Positions 1 to 10,353 are shown, counted from the stretch's first letter. The stretch is DNA of 64,000 nucleotides from Flavobacteriales bacterium (GCA_965658995.1 CBFHVI010000004.1:7836-71835); one strand, 5' to 3'. Made by a program: numbers and translations. The notes: generated by a model not told the origin, from the letters alone.

Positions 1-1164
1 GGTGTGAACAGATCCTATAAACACCAAAAAAACCAGAACTCCCACTGCCGAATAAGAAAACCAGCGACTTGAAATTATCGAGGTATTCTTGAAAAGAAAG
101 ACGAAAAAGGTAACCCAAGTAAACAAATAAAATATCAAGGTGTTTATCAAATAATAATCGTGAATATCAAATACTTGATAGAACAACAAAAAGAAAAAGA
201 CTACTCCAAAAAACAACAAGATATTGACCCAAATCATCAGAGGATTTATTCTTTTTCTATTCCAAACATTACACAGAAATATCACTGCTGTGGTGAGGTG
301 AATACCGGTGGTAAACATCCTTGGCGCTTGAACAGATACAAACTGTGAAAATGTCTCGCTCACTCTCTGAGAACTTAGCTCCCAAATGGGTAAAATTCCT
401 TTTAAAAAAACATAAGAATTTCCGTTAGCTTCACTGTACTTGATTGCATAAAAATACCATGTTGCTATCAAAAGTAATGGGATAAAAAAGAAAAAAATGT
501 GAATCGGTTTAAAAAGCTTTGACGGTTTTATTTTCAAGATACCCATCCACTCAAACAGGGCGATTCCTCCCAGAGCAAAAAAACTAAATAACGAAGAAAT
601 TTTTATTAAACCAGCCAATAAAAAAAAGAGTAAGACAACTATTAACTCTTTGTTTTTTTGAGAGTTATAAAACTTATAGAACCAGTACCACCCAATAAAA
701 ACAATATTTAGCGCAGTAGCATCTGCTAAAAAGTTATTGGTGTAATAAATGTAAATAGGAGAGGTAAACAGTAAAAAAGTAAGAAACAAAGAAGGAATTA
801 TCTGTTGAAATATGGCATAAAACAACTTAAATAAATAAAACATTCCAAGAAATGCAATGAGTACATTTATGAGGCGGAAAATCCATTCTTTTTGTCCAGT
901 AATTTTCCAAATTTGAGCTACCGTAAAGTATAAGATTGGAAACTCACTTGCCACACCTCTTTTACCTGTCTCATCACTCATATGATGAATTTTTGGGGTA
1001 TGAAAAGGTAATTCTTCCTTAAAGTAGTTTTGGGTTATGGATAAGCAATCTGCTTGCCTCCACTGATGAATAGATCCATTTTTTTTTACCAGAATTGCGG
1101 GATAATTATAACACATCGCAATTCCAAAGAAGGAAACAATGAATATGATTATTCCCTTTTTCAC
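1..1164 (-). CDS. GT-C fold membrane glycosyltransferase (ArnT/GT39-like); 3' end runs off the window
   Basis: Not in the ORF track because it has no stop in the window. Manual translation from GTG at 1164 gives MKKGIIIFIVSFFG..SIHQWRQADCLSITQNYF..SEFPILYF..HDYYL, with many TM segments. The H.WRQ.D and EFP motifs are typical of Bacteroidota GT-C proteins. Confidence 0.75.
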   Translation of the reverse strand, partial: MKKGIIIFIVSFFGIAMCYNYPAILVKKNGSIHQWRQADCLSITQNYFKEELPFHTPKIHHMSDETGKRGVASEFPILYFTVAQIWKITGQKEWIFRLINVLIAFLGMFYLFKLFYAIFQQIIPSLFLTFLLFTSPIYIYYTNNFLADATALNIVFIGWYWFYKFYNSQKNKELIVVLLFFLLAGLIKISSLFSFFALGGIALFEWMGILKIKPSKLFKPIHIFFFFIPLLLIATWYFYAIKYSEANGNSYVFLKGILPIWELSSQRVSETFSQFVSVQAPRMFTTGIHLTTAVIFLCNVWNRKRINPLMIWVNILLFFGVVFFFLLFYQVFDIHDYYLINTLIFYLFTWVTFFVFLFKNTSIISSRWFSYSAVGVLVFLVFIGSVHT

Positions 1165-1166
1165 TT

Positions 1167-2681
1167 TTAATTATTTAGTTTCAATCTGGAAGGTTTGTTT
1201 GCTAATTCCCAGGCGGTGAAAAAAACGAGTTGCGAGATCGTTTCTACTTTATCAAAAAGTATCTTATCCACTTCATCACTTGGCTGATGATAGTCTTCAT
1301 GCACTCCACTAAAATAAAAAATTACAGGAATACCATTTTTTGCAAAATTGTAATGATCACTTCTATAGTAAAACCTGTTTGGATCGTTGTCTCTATTAAA
1401 AGTATAATCTAGCTCTAGTTTTGTGTATTTTTTGTTGGTAGCTTCATTTATATGATGCAACTCCTTGCTTATCTTATCAGCTCCTATCACATACACATAC
1501 TCTTTGTTTGTATGAAATTGATCCAACCTCCCAATCATGTCAATATTTAGGTTTGCCACCGTATTTTCGAGTGGGAATATCGGATTTTCTGTATAGTACC
1601 TGGATCCTAATAATCCTTTTTCTTCACCAGACACTGGTAAAATGACAATACTTCTTTTTGGACCATTTCCCTCATCTTTTGCTTTCTGAAAAGCTTGGGC
1701 TATTTCGAGTAAAGCCACAGTTCCAGTCCCATCATCATCTGCACCATTGTATATCTCTCCATCTTGAATACCAAGATGATCATAATGAGCCGTCAGAATG
1801 ATGTATTCATGTTTTAGTACCGAATCACTTCCTTCAATCAATCCAACCACATTGGAAGATTCTATTCTTCCCATGCTTTTAGTGTAAAGAAACTGAATGG
1901 TTTCATATTGTGGATAACGAGTCAAAAACTCTTGCTCTGGTCTTTCCATTAAATATATCTCGCTTAATAATTCATCCGATAAAAAGAAAAATGGAATAAA
2001 CAACTCTTTCTTATTTACTTTGTCGGTTGCTAATCTCATCGAAGATTTTGTGAGATAGTGGTGTACTTTATCGAGGTTTGATGCGTAATTAGAACTAGAG
2101 AAAAACACTTGTTTTACACCTTTACTTTCTGCAAGTTTGAGTTTTTTTCGCCAATCCCATTTTAAGAAATCCTCTGGAGACTCCAATTTAATAACTACGA
2201 TTTTTCCCTCTACATTTTTTCCTTTGTAATCATCTCTTTTTCCTTCCACTATTCCGTACTCCACGGCTACCAATTCATCCGCACGCACTTCAAAAGGTTC
2301 AAAATTTGCCATGGTTGCATAAAAATAAAATTCCTTTGCATACCTAAAGTCCTTGTTGTGAAACAATATATTTGCTTGAGGTTTATTCGTTTCGATTAAA
2401 GGAAAATATTGAAAATTACTTCCTTTATTTCCGGGAGCAACACCATAACTCGTTAATTGGTTTTTTAAGTATTCAGCAGTCATTTTTTGTCCCTTCTTTC
2501 CCGTTTCTCTTCCTTCATAATCGTCAGAGGCGATTATTTCTAAGTGTTTTTTTAATTCTTCTTGAGTAATGGTAGAGGCATACTTTTCTGCGTATTTCGT
2601 TTTTTCTACCTTATAAGTAGGTTTTATTACCGAACAAGAAAGTACTATCGTAATACTTACGGAGGAGATAACCAATTTCAT
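1167..2681 (-). CDS. M28 family metallopeptidase, probable lipoprotein, with PA-like insert
   Basis: EGRETG, TAHYDH, NGADDDGTG, SGEEKGLLGS, NIDMIGR, SDH, YHQPSD motifs; LSC lipobox. Confidence 0.9.
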   Translation of the reverse strand: MKLVISSVSITIVLSCSVIKPTYKVEKTKYAEKYASTITQEELKKHLEIIASDDYEGRETGKKGQKMTAEYLKNQLTSYGVAPGNKGSNFQYFPLIETNKPQANILFHNKDFRYAKEFYFYATMANFEPFEVRADELVAVEYGIVEGKRDDYKGKNVEGKIVVIKLESPEDFLKWDWRKKLKLAESKGVKQVFFSSSNYASNLDKVHHYLTKSSMRLATDKVNKKELFIPFFFLSDELLSEIYLMERPEQEFLTRYPQYETIQFLYTKSMGRIESSNVVGLIEGSDSVLKHEYIILTAHYDHLGIQDGEIYNGADDDGTGTVALLEIAQAFQKAKDEGNGPKRSIVILPVSGEEKGLLGSRYYTENPIFPLENTVANLNIDMIGRLDQFHTNKEYVYVIGADKISKELHHINEATNKKYTKLELDYTFNRDNDPNRFYYRSDHYNFAKNGIPVIFYFSGVHEDYHQPSDEVDKILFDKVETISQLVFFTAWELANKPSRLKLNN

Positions 2682-2695
2682 AGATGTATTTTTTC

Positions 2696-3118
2696 TTAAA
2701 TTTTATTTACTCGTCTTTCGTGTCTTCCCCCTTCAAATTCTGTATCAATATAAGTAGATACTATTTCTAATGCTGCCTCCTCAGAAATAAATCTTGCGGG
2801 AATAGAGAGTATATTGGCATCATTGTGTTGCCGAGCTAATTCACAAATCTCATTTGTCCAACAAAGAGCTGCCCTCACATTTTTATATTTATTTACGGTC
2901 ATATTTATACCGTTTCCACTACCACAAATAGCAATTCCTCTTTCGAATTCACCTGAGTTCACAGATTCTCCCACCTTGTGACCAAAATCTGGATAATCTA
3001 CACTCTCTATTGAGAATGGTCCAAAATCCTGAAAACCGATGTTTCGTTCTCTTAATACTTCTTTAATCTTCTCTTTTAATTCGTAACCTGCATGATCCGA
3101 ACCTAACGCAATTTTCAT
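2696..3118 (-). CDS. rpiB: ribose-5-phosphate isomerase B
   Basis: GSDHAG, DYPD, ICGSGNG, HNDAN, FEGGRHERR motifs. Confidence 0.95.
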   Translation of the reverse strand: MKIALGSDHAGYELKEKIKEVLRERNIGFQDFGPFSIESVDYPDFGHKVGESVNSGEFERGIAICGSGNGINMTVNKYKNVRAALCWTNEICELARQHNDANILSIPARFISEEAALEIVSTYIDTEFEGGRHERRVNKI

Positions 3119-3739
3119 AGTAATGTGTTGTTTATTAGTTTATTATATACCTTCTTAACATAAAAATTACACTTATTAACAATAAAGTAATATTGTTTTT
3201 TAATTATTTATAAATCAATAAGTTAAAATATCTATTAATGAACATTTAAATCGTGTATAAGAATAAATAGTCTTGATAGCTTTTCATAAAACTAATAGGA
3301 TAAATCCAAATAAAATTACAAGAGGAATTATACTGTTCATTTCCTAATTTATTTACTTCCTATTTATTCTCATTTTATCAATAGGTAAAGATAGAGTAAA
3401 TTCTAAAATTTAATTAACAAATTGAATTGTTAAAATAAAATAACATTACAAAAAACACCTTGAATAAATTCCTTAAAAACATTTTAATAAACTATTCATA
3501 AACAACATCTTATAACAGGTAAAATGAAGTAAATTTACTCTGTGTATCATTTGTTTATAAATTTTAATAAGTGATTTAACCAAAAATCCTTTAACTTTTT
3601 TGTAAACAGAATTAACACCTATAATAATAATAACATATTAAGTTTAAAAACTATTTATTTATAATGAATAGAGAAAGAGGTAGACAAACGGAAAGAATAA
3701 AATTGAGGATTTTAATTTATCTTTGAGTAATCGAAATCA
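3119..3739. other. candidate chromosomal replication origin (oriC)
   Basis: About 620 bp very AT-rich gap between divergent genes. DnaA-box-like 9-mers (TTATTAACA 3173, TCATAAACA 3496, TGTGTATCA 3541, TGTTTATAA 3552). Tandem TTGTAAACA/GAATTAACA at 3600-3617 followed by CCT(ATA)4ACA. IHF consensus AATCAATAAGTTA at 3213-3225. Confidence 0.6.
3718..3725 (+). promoter_or_regulatory. Bacteroidota sigma-70 -7 element (TAnnTTTG)
   Basis: TATCTTTG 15 bp upstream of the ATG at 3740. Confidence 0.6.
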
Positions 3740-5281
3740 ATGAAAATACTCAAACAAAATATCAAACTCCTGCTGGCGGCCTTTTTTTTCCCACTGGCGT
3801 TTTTTTCACAAGAAACAAACCCTAATGGATTTAATGTTTTTTACTACGAAAATGGAGTAGTTGCAAGCAAAGGTTTTTTGAAAAATGGAAAACCCAATGG
3901 ATATTGGTTTAATTACTACCCGAATGGCGAATTAAAATCGGAGGGAAATCGAAAAAACTTTATGTTGGACAGCGTATGGAAATTCTATTCTAATCAGTTC
4001 ATAAAAGAGGTAGTCACTTACGAAAAAAACAGAAAAAATGGATCATTTATCCAATACGCAGATTCGGGAATTTTGTATGCAACTTCCACTTATATCCAAG
4101 ATACACTTCAGGGAGAAAAACTAATATTTTACCCAACAGGTGAGCTTCATTTTCGGTACAATTACCTGGATGGTAATTATCACGGAACTGCTTACGAGTA
4201 CAGGCAAGATTCCACGATTATATCCAAGTTTGAATACAACAAAGGAAAGCTAATTAGAAGAGAAAAGATTAATAGATTTAATGCCAAAGGGGAAAAGGAA
4301 GGGGTGTGGAAAATCTATACAGAAAAAGGAATATTAAGAGAGGAGGGAGAGTACAAGAATGGCAAGAAAAATGGGTTATTTAAGATATACAAGTACAATG
4401 GTGAGCTGGATGAACTTCAGCGCTACAACCAAGGAGAAATATTATTAGAGGAAGAAGATTTACAGTTTGTACAATTTCACAAAGAGTATTATCCCACCGG
4501 AGAATTGCATTTTACGATTGCAAAAAATGAGTTGGAACAACGACAAGGAATAACTCAAGAATACGATAAGAAAGGGAATATACTGGTGACCAAGATTTTC
4601 CGAAAAGATACATTAATTGCGCAAGGAATTATTGATAAAAAAGGATTGAAACAAGGGGAATGGAAGTTTTACAAGAGTGGAGATAAGGTAATTGCCCGTG
4701 GAAATTACAAGGATGATTATCAAATTGAAGAATGGAATTATTTTTATTTGAGTGGAAAGCTGGAACAAAAAGGAAAATTTAGGAAGGGCGAATTGCACGG
4801 AAAATGGGTTTGGTATTATCCATCGGGAGCTATTCATCGGGAAGAATATTACAGGCGAGGTAAAGAAAACGGGGAGTTTATCGAGTATGACGAGGAAGGA
4901 AAAGTTATTACAAAAGGTGAGTATATCAATGGATTAAAAGATGGACCTTGGTTTTATGAAGTGGGAGACCACACAGAAAAAGGACAATTTGTAGAAGGAG
5001 AAAAAGAGGGAGAATGGACGTATTATTACATGACAAATCAGTTGTATTTTAAAGGAAGTTACAAGAACGGAAAACCAATAAATAAGCACATTTACTACCA
5101 TGTAAATGGAAATAAAAAATGGACAGGTTCTTATTCTTTAGGAAAAAGAGAAGGAAAATGGATCCGATATAATGAAGAAGGAGAAATTCTCGTGACGTAC
5201 ACTTTCCGGAATGATGTGTTAATAAAAACGGATGGAAAAAAAATAAAACCAGCCTTTGACCAAGAACTAAACAGAGAATGA
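3740..5281 (+). CDS. exported MORN-variant repeat protein (YwqK-like annotation class)
   Basis: Signal peptide plus many G.W..YY..G....EG.Y..G repeats; stop overlaps next start (ATGA). Confidence 0.85.
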   Translation: MKILKQNIKLLLAAFFFPLAFFSQETNPNGFNVFYYENGVVASKGFLKNGKPNGYWFNYYPNGELKSEGNRKNFMLDSVWKFYSNQFIKEVVTYEKNRKNGSFIQYADSGILYATSTYIQDTLQGEKLIFYPTGELHFRYNYLDGNYHGTAYEYRQDSTIISKFEYNKGKLIRREKINRFNAKGEKEGVWKIYTEKGILREEGEYKNGKKNGLFKIYKYNGELDELQRYNQGEILLEEEDLQFVQFHKEYYPTGELHFTIAKNELEQRQGITQEYDKKGNILVTKIFRKDTLIAQGIIDKKGLKQGEWKFYKSGDKVIARGNYKDDYQIEEWNYFYLSGKLEQKGKFRKGELHGKWVWYYPSGAIHREEYYRRGKENGEFIEYDEEGKVITKGEYINGLKDGPWFYEVGDHTEKGQFVEGEKEGEWTYYYMTNQLYFKGSYKNGKPINKHIYYHVNGNKKWTGSYSLGKREGKWIRYNEEGEILVTYTFRNDVLIKTDGKKIKPAFDQELNRE

Positions 5282-6585
5282 AAACAACGGCCAAAATAAT
5301 TATCATTTTATCTATTTCGGTGTTGGTTGGGCTTATTTTTACTCAATTTTTTATCGTGAAAAACTCACTTGAGATAGAACACGAAAACCGGGAAATTGTG
5401 AAAGAAATAAAACAGTTGGAATATAAAAACTTTCGAACTGAAGTTACTCTTGCCTTAACGAAAGTAAGAGATAAATTAATTTCACGAAACAAAGAAAAAT
5501 CTAATATTTACCTGGATCCGGTAAAACAAATTCAACCAAATTATTTTGTGGTGAGTTTTTACGATACCATTCCAAAAGATTTTTTGAAACAATTGATAGA
5601 AGAGGAATTTTCTACTTTTTACATCGATAATTCGTATCAGATTGGAATTTACGATTGCTTTACCGATTCCATTATTTTTGATGAATTTACGACCGAAAAT
5701 AAACAAAAATTCCCGCTAAAATGGGAACATGATGGATATTATTTTGGAGTTTATTTTTCTGATTTAAAAAAAGTAGAAACCGAAAAAAAATCTTCATTGC
5801 CTTACATGTTGATGTTAGCAACTTTTGTGATTGTCATAGCGAGTTTGTTTACTTTTTATTTGGCAACAGGTATTTTGAAGCAAAAGAAAATTTCAAAAAT
5901 CACGTATGATTTTATTAATAACATGACCCATGAATTAAAAACCCCTATTTCTACCATTTCATTATCTACGGATGTTTTGTTAAATTCGGAAGAGACAACC
6001 AAAAATGAAAGACTAAACAGGTATTTATCCATTATAAAAACAGAAAATAAAAGACTTGAAAACCAAGTTGAGCGAGTACTTCAAATAGCAAAATTAGACA
6101 AAGATGTAATTAAGCTTAAGTTTGAAAAAATAGATATTCATGAGGTGATAAAAACTTGTATCAATACATTTATTGTACCTATCCAGGATAGAAATGGAAA
6201 AATACTAGCGCATCTTAATGCCTCAAAAATGTATCTCGAAGGAGATATTATTCACATTACCAATATTATTTATAACTTGTTTGATAATGCAAATAAATAC
6301 TCTCCAAAAAACCCTAATATTCAGGTGTTCACTAAAGATCTGGATGGAAAATTGGAAGTAAAAATAACTGATAACGGAATTGGAATAAAAAAGGAAGATA
6401 GTAAAGAGATATTTGAGAAATTTTACCGAGTTTCTACAGGAGATGTTCACAATGTCAAAGGGTTTGGATTAGGACTTTACTACGTAAAACAAATGGTAGA
6501 AAAGCACGGAGGAACTATTCAGATAGAAAGTGTATTTGGACAAGGAAGCACGTTTATTATGACTTTTCCAACATCAAAAAATTAG
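5278..6585 (+). CDS. sensor histidine kinase (HisKA + HATPase, 2 TM)
   Basis: FINNMTHELKTP H-box, NLFDNANKYS N-box, DNGIG, FEKFYR, GFGLGL. Confidence 0.95.
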   Translation: MKTTAKIIIILSISVLVGLIFTQFFIVKNSLEIEHENREIVKEIKQLEYKNFRTEVTLALTKVRDKLISRNKEKSNIYLDPVKQIQPNYFVVSFYDTIPKDFLKQLIEEEFSTFYIDNSYQIGIYDCFTDSIIFDEFTTENKQKFPLKWEHDGYYFGVYFSDLKKVETEKKSSLPYMLMLATFVIVIASLFTFYLATGILKQKKISKITYDFINNMTHELKTPISTISLSTDVLLNSEETTKNERLNRYLSIIKTENKRLENQVERVLQIAKLDKDVIKLKFEKIDIHEVIKTCINTFIVPIQDRNGKILAHLNASKMYLEGDIIHITNIIYNLFDNANKYSPKNPNIQVFTKDLDGKLEVKITDNGIGIKKEDSKEIFEKFYRVSTGDVHNVKGFGLGLYYVKQMVEKHGGTIQIESVFGQGSTFIMTFPTSKN

Positions 6586-6591
6586 AGAATT

Positions 6592-7290
6592 ATGGAAAAA
6601 CGAAATATTTTGTTAGTGGAAGACGATTTTAATTTAGGAATTGTAGTCCAAGATTTTTTATCCCTCGAGGGATATACCGTTCATTTATGCCGAGACGGAA
6701 AAGAAGGGCTTCAAAAGTTTAATAAAAATAAATACGATGTATGCCTATTGGATGTAATGCTCCCAGAGAAAGACGGGTATGAAATAGCAGAAGACATAAG
6801 AAAAATAGACAAAGAAATTCCTATTATTTTCCTAACAGCAAAATCAAATCCAGAAGACAAAGTAAAAGGATTTAAAGCAGGAGGAGATGATTACATTACC
6901 AAACCATTCAACAGAGAAGAATTTTTATTGAGGATTAAAGCTATTCTGAGAAGAGCGAATAACGAAATGGATGAAGATGAAAATGAGGGAATAATTACCC
7001 TGGGTGGATACAAACTAGATTTTCAAAACCTTAAACTCTCGCACCAGCAAGAAGAAAGAAAGATTACAAAAAGAGAAACGGCAATACTGAAACTGCTCTC
7101 CGAAAATAGAAATAAAGTAATTGAAAGAAGCTTGGTACTAAATCTTATTTGGGGAGATGATAATTATTTTAATGGAAGAAGCTTAGATGTATTCATTACA
7201 AAACTCAGAAAATACTTAAAACACGATGAAGATATTCAGATAAACAACATTCATGGAGTTGGTTTTAAGTTAGAATTAAATGAAAAATAA
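6592..7290 (+). CDS. OmpR/PhoB-family response regulator (RprY-like)
   Basis: ILLVEDD, LLDVMLP, FLTAK, DDYITKPF receiver domain; winged helix RSLDVFITKLRKYL. Confidence 0.95.
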   Translation: MEKRNILLVEDDFNLGIVVQDFLSLEGYTVHLCRDGKEGLQKFNKNKYDVCLLDVMLPEKDGYEIAEDIRKIDKEIPIIFLTAKSNPEDKVKGFKAGGDDYITKPFNREEFLLRIKAILRRANNEMDEDENEGIITLGGYKLDFQNLKLSHQQEERKITKRETAILKLLSENRNKVIERSLVLNLIWGDDNYFNGRSLDVFITKLRKYLKHDEDIQINNIHGVGFKLELNEK

Positions 7291-7326
7291 AATATATTTG
7301 TAAAAATTTTAAAAAACCGAAAACAC

Positions 7327-7749
7327 ATGTCAATATCAGACGCATTTCAAGGAGGACAACAAACAAGAAATCACTCTCACCTAGAAAACTTGGTGGAGGT
7401 AGCACTTACCGATGGAGAAATAGTAGCAGAGGAAAGAGAATTATTAGAAAAATTTGCTCGAAGATTAAGTATTTCGAATGAAGAGTTAGATTCGATAATT
7501 AAAAACATTGGAAAACACCCAATAAATCCACCAACAGATCGAGAAGACCGATACAAACGATTTTTTAGATTAATACAAATGATGCTGGCAGACGGCATTA
7601 TTGGAGAGAAACAAGATAAATTGATTCACAGATTTGCAATAGGATTGGGGTATTCGGAAGAAAGAACAGAAGAAATTTATTCTCAAACTATTGAGTTTAT
7701 CAAAAACAAAGTAGATTTTGATGAGGCTTTTGAAAAAATAACACACTAA
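7327..7749 (+). CDS. TerB-like protein
   Basis: Two A..DG.I...E repeats (VALTDGEIVAEE, MMLADGIIGEKQ). Confidence 0.8.
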   Translation: MSISDAFQGGQQTRNHSHLENLVEVALTDGEIVAEERELLEKFARRLSISNEELDSIIKNIGKHPINPPTDREDRYKRFFRLIQMMLADGIIGEKQDKLIHRFAIGLGYSEERTEEIYSQTIEFIKNKVDFDEAFEKITH

Positions 7750-7767
7750 TTACGTACAAGTTACTAG

Positions 7768-7809
7768 AAAAAAAAGGGGGGAGAAACTGATGTTTCTCCC
7801 CCCTTTTTT
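7768..7809. terminator. bidirectional intrinsic terminator
   Basis: A8-GGGGGGAGAAAC-tgat-GTTTCTCCCCCC-T6 between convergent genes. Confidence 0.9.
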
Positions 7810-7827
7810 ATGTGATGAATTTACCGA

Positions 7828-9060
7828 CTAAAAAGTCACAGTCATTTCTATTTGTTGAGAATCTCTTAGCACAATTACTTGGTGAGTACTTTCTTTTTCA
7901 AACTTGCTCAGGCAATTCATGTAATCCTTCATGGAGTTTACATCAAATTCTCCCATTTTAACTACAATATCTCCTTTTTGTATTCCGGCTTTAGCTGCAG
8001 GTCTATCCTCTTTCACTCCATCTATTCTCATGCCTTTTCCGTCAAAAAGATAATCAGGAATCACTCCCAGAGTTACTTTAAAGGCTCGCGCTTTTTCTGA
8101 TTTTTCTTTGGTTTTGGTAAAAGGAATAGAATCATACTGATTCAGGCTCATCACTACTTTTTCTATGTAATCAGCAACCTTTTCGATTCCTTCGAAATTT
8201 ATAAACTCAGTATCGTCTGTAGGTTTGTGGTAATCTTTGTGTTGGCCCGTAAAGAAATGGAGAACAGGAACATCCTCAAGATAAAAAGAAGTATGATCAG
8301 AAGGACCGACTCCCGAAGAATCAAATTTAGACTGAAAACCAAATGTATTACAAGAATCTAATACAGGTCGAAACAGTGGAGAAGTACCAATTCCATAAAT
8401 TGCCAAACGGTTGTTAGAGTCTAACCTACCTACCATGTCCATATTAATCATGTAAGCCATTTCTGAAGTAGGTACGGTCGCATTTTTTACAAAATAATTG
8501 GAACCCCAAAGTCCCTTTTCTTCACCAGTAAAAGCTATGAATAATACATTGGTTCGGAGTTTTTTCCCATTGAGTTTTCTTGCCAAACCGAGCATAGCAG
8601 CAACGCCACTTGCGTTGTCATCTGCACCGTTGTGAATTTGTCCTGCGCTATCAGCTAAAGACCCTTCCTCTCCGTAACCCAAATGGTCGTAATGAGCACC
8701 AATTACAAGAGTTTTTTCAGCTTGATTGTTAATATATCCCAGCACATTTCTTCCCTCTATTTTGTCACCTGTACCCATGGTATCGTGAGGATGCGCTTTC
8801 ATTTTACGTGTAAAAATCTGAAAATAACTTCCTTCATTACCTTTTGGTAGTAATCCGTTCTCTTTCATTCTTGCAGCTATGTAATCTGCCGCAATAAGTT
8901 CACCTTTCGTTCCTACTTCTCTTCCCTCAAGAGAGTCGTGAGCGAGGTAAGTAACATCTGTTGTGTAATCAGCAAGAAGGGAAATTGGAGTGTCAGCTGA
9001 TTTTGGAGCACCACAAGCAACCAATAAGAGACAGGTGAAAAAAGTACAAATGAATTTCAT
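7828..9060 (-). CDS. M28 peptidase lipoprotein with C-terminal PDZ domain
   Basis: LVAC lipobox; GAHYDHLG, NGADDNASG, GEEKGLWGS, SDH; PDZ-like LGVIPDY..GMRIDGVKEDRPAAKAGIQKGDIV. Confidence 0.9.
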   Translation of the reverse strand: MKFICTFFTCLLLVACGAPKSADTPISLLADYTTDVTYLAHDSLEGREVGTKGELIAADYIAARMKENGLLPKGNEGSYFQIFTRKMKAHPHDTMGTGDKIEGRNVLGYINNQAEKTLVIGAHYDHLGYGEEGSLADSAGQIHNGADDNASGVAAMLGLARKLNGKKLRTNVLFIAFTGEEKGLWGSNYFVKNATVPTSEMAYMINMDMVGRLDSNNRLAIYGIGTSPLFRPVLDSCNTFGFQSKFDSSGVGPSDHTSFYLEDVPVLHFFTGQHKDYHKPTDDTEFINFEGIEKVADYIEKVVMSLNQYDSIPFTKTKEKSEKARAFKVTLGVIPDYLFDGKGMRIDGVKEDRPAAKAGIQKGDIVVKMGEFDVNSMKDYMNCLSKFEKESTHQVIVLRDSQQIEMTVTF

Positions 9061-9208
9061 CTTTTTGTTGTTTAGTTTTTAAGGGTTAATTAATTGAAGG
9101 AAAAAATCCAATACCACAAAGATACAATATCCTCTTCTTCTTTTTTTATGATATTCGTTATGTTTTGATTGGATAAGAACCCTTATTTTTGTTCAAAATA
9201 ACCAAACA

Positions 9209-10294
9209 ATGAAAAAACACATAGCATTTTTATTCATTCCATTAGCGATGAGTTGTGGAGGTAACAAAGAAAAAGGAGATTCTTATTCAGGAGAAACGGA
9301 AAAATGGGAAGAACCTAAAGAAGAAGTTCATTTAGCCAACATCAAGCAACTTACATTTGGAGGAGACAACGCAGAAGCCTACTGGAGTTTTGATAATAAA
9401 AGTTTTGTATTTCAGGCAAAAAACCCAAAATGGGGAGCCGAATGCGACCAAATTTATGTGATGCCAATCGACCAAGACTTGAGCGATGGTGCAATTCCAC
9501 AATTGGTAAGTACAGGATTAGGAAGAACCACTTGTAGTTATTTTATGCCAGGAGATTCCACTATTATTTACGCCTCTACTCATTTAGGAGATTCAGCTTG
9601 TCCGCCCGAGCCACCAAGAGGAGATAAATATGTGTGGCCAATTTACAGCACGTTCGACATTTTTGTAGCCGATCTCAAAGGAAACCAAAAAAAACAATTG
9701 ACTTTTCGCAATGGATACGATGCAGAAGCAACAGTATCACCCAAAGGAGATTTGATTGTATTTACTTCTGATCGTTCGGGAGATTTGGAATTATACACCA
9801 TGAATATTGACGGAACAGACATTAAACAAGTAACCAACGAACTTGGGTACGATGGAGGTGCTTTCTTTTCGCCAGATGGAACAAAGTTAATTTTTAGAGC
9901 CTCTCGACCAAGAACTGAGTTAGAGAAAAAAGAATACAAAGAATTACTAGCAAAAGGGTTGGTTCAACCAACAGCTATGGAATTATTTGTGTGTAATGTC
10001 GATGGTAGCGACATGCAGCAAATCACCAATTTGGGAGGAGCAAACTGGGCACCATTTTTTCACCCTTCTGGAGAAAAAGTGATTTTTAGTTCCAACCACA
10101 AAACAAAATCATTTCCGTTCAATTTGTTTATGATAAATCTAGATGGATCTGGATTGGAGCAAATTACGTATGACAAAGCGTTTGATTCGTTTCCCATGTT
10201 TTCGCCAGACGGTAAAAAACTGGTTTTTTCTTCGAACAGAGACAACGGAGGAACAAGAGAAACGAATATGTTCTATGCCGATTGGGTGGAGTAG
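9209..10294 (+). CDS. TolB-like/PD40 beta-propeller lipoprotein
   Basis: Lipobox AMSC; repeated (F/W)SPDG..(I/L)VFSS.R PD40 blades. Confidence 0.85.
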   Translation: MKKHIAFLFIPLAMSCGGNKEKGDSYSGETEKWEEPKEEVHLANIKQLTFGGDNAEAYWSFDNKSFVFQAKNPKWGAECDQIYVMPIDQDLSDGAIPQLVSTGLGRTTCSYFMPGDSTIIYASTHLGDSACPPEPPRGDKYVWPIYSTFDIFVADLKGNQKKQLTFRNGYDAEATVSPKGDLIVFTSDRSGDLELYTMNIDGTDIKQVTNELGYDGGAFFSPDGTKLIFRASRPRTELEKKEYKELLAKGLVQPTAMELFVCNVDGSDMQQITNLGGANWAPFFHPSGEKVIFSSNHKTKSFPFNLFMINLDGSGLEQITYDKAFDSFPMFSPDGKKLVFSSNRDNGGTRETNMFYADWVE

Positions 10295-10320
10295 AATTTA
10301 ATATTTAGTAGACAGTAATT

Positions 10321-10353
10321 AGTCCTTAGTTCTTGTGAGCTAAGGACTTTTTT
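10321..10353 (+). terminator. intrinsic terminator
   Basis: AGTCCTTAGTTC-ttgt-GAGCTAAGGACT followed by a T run. Confidence 0.85.
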
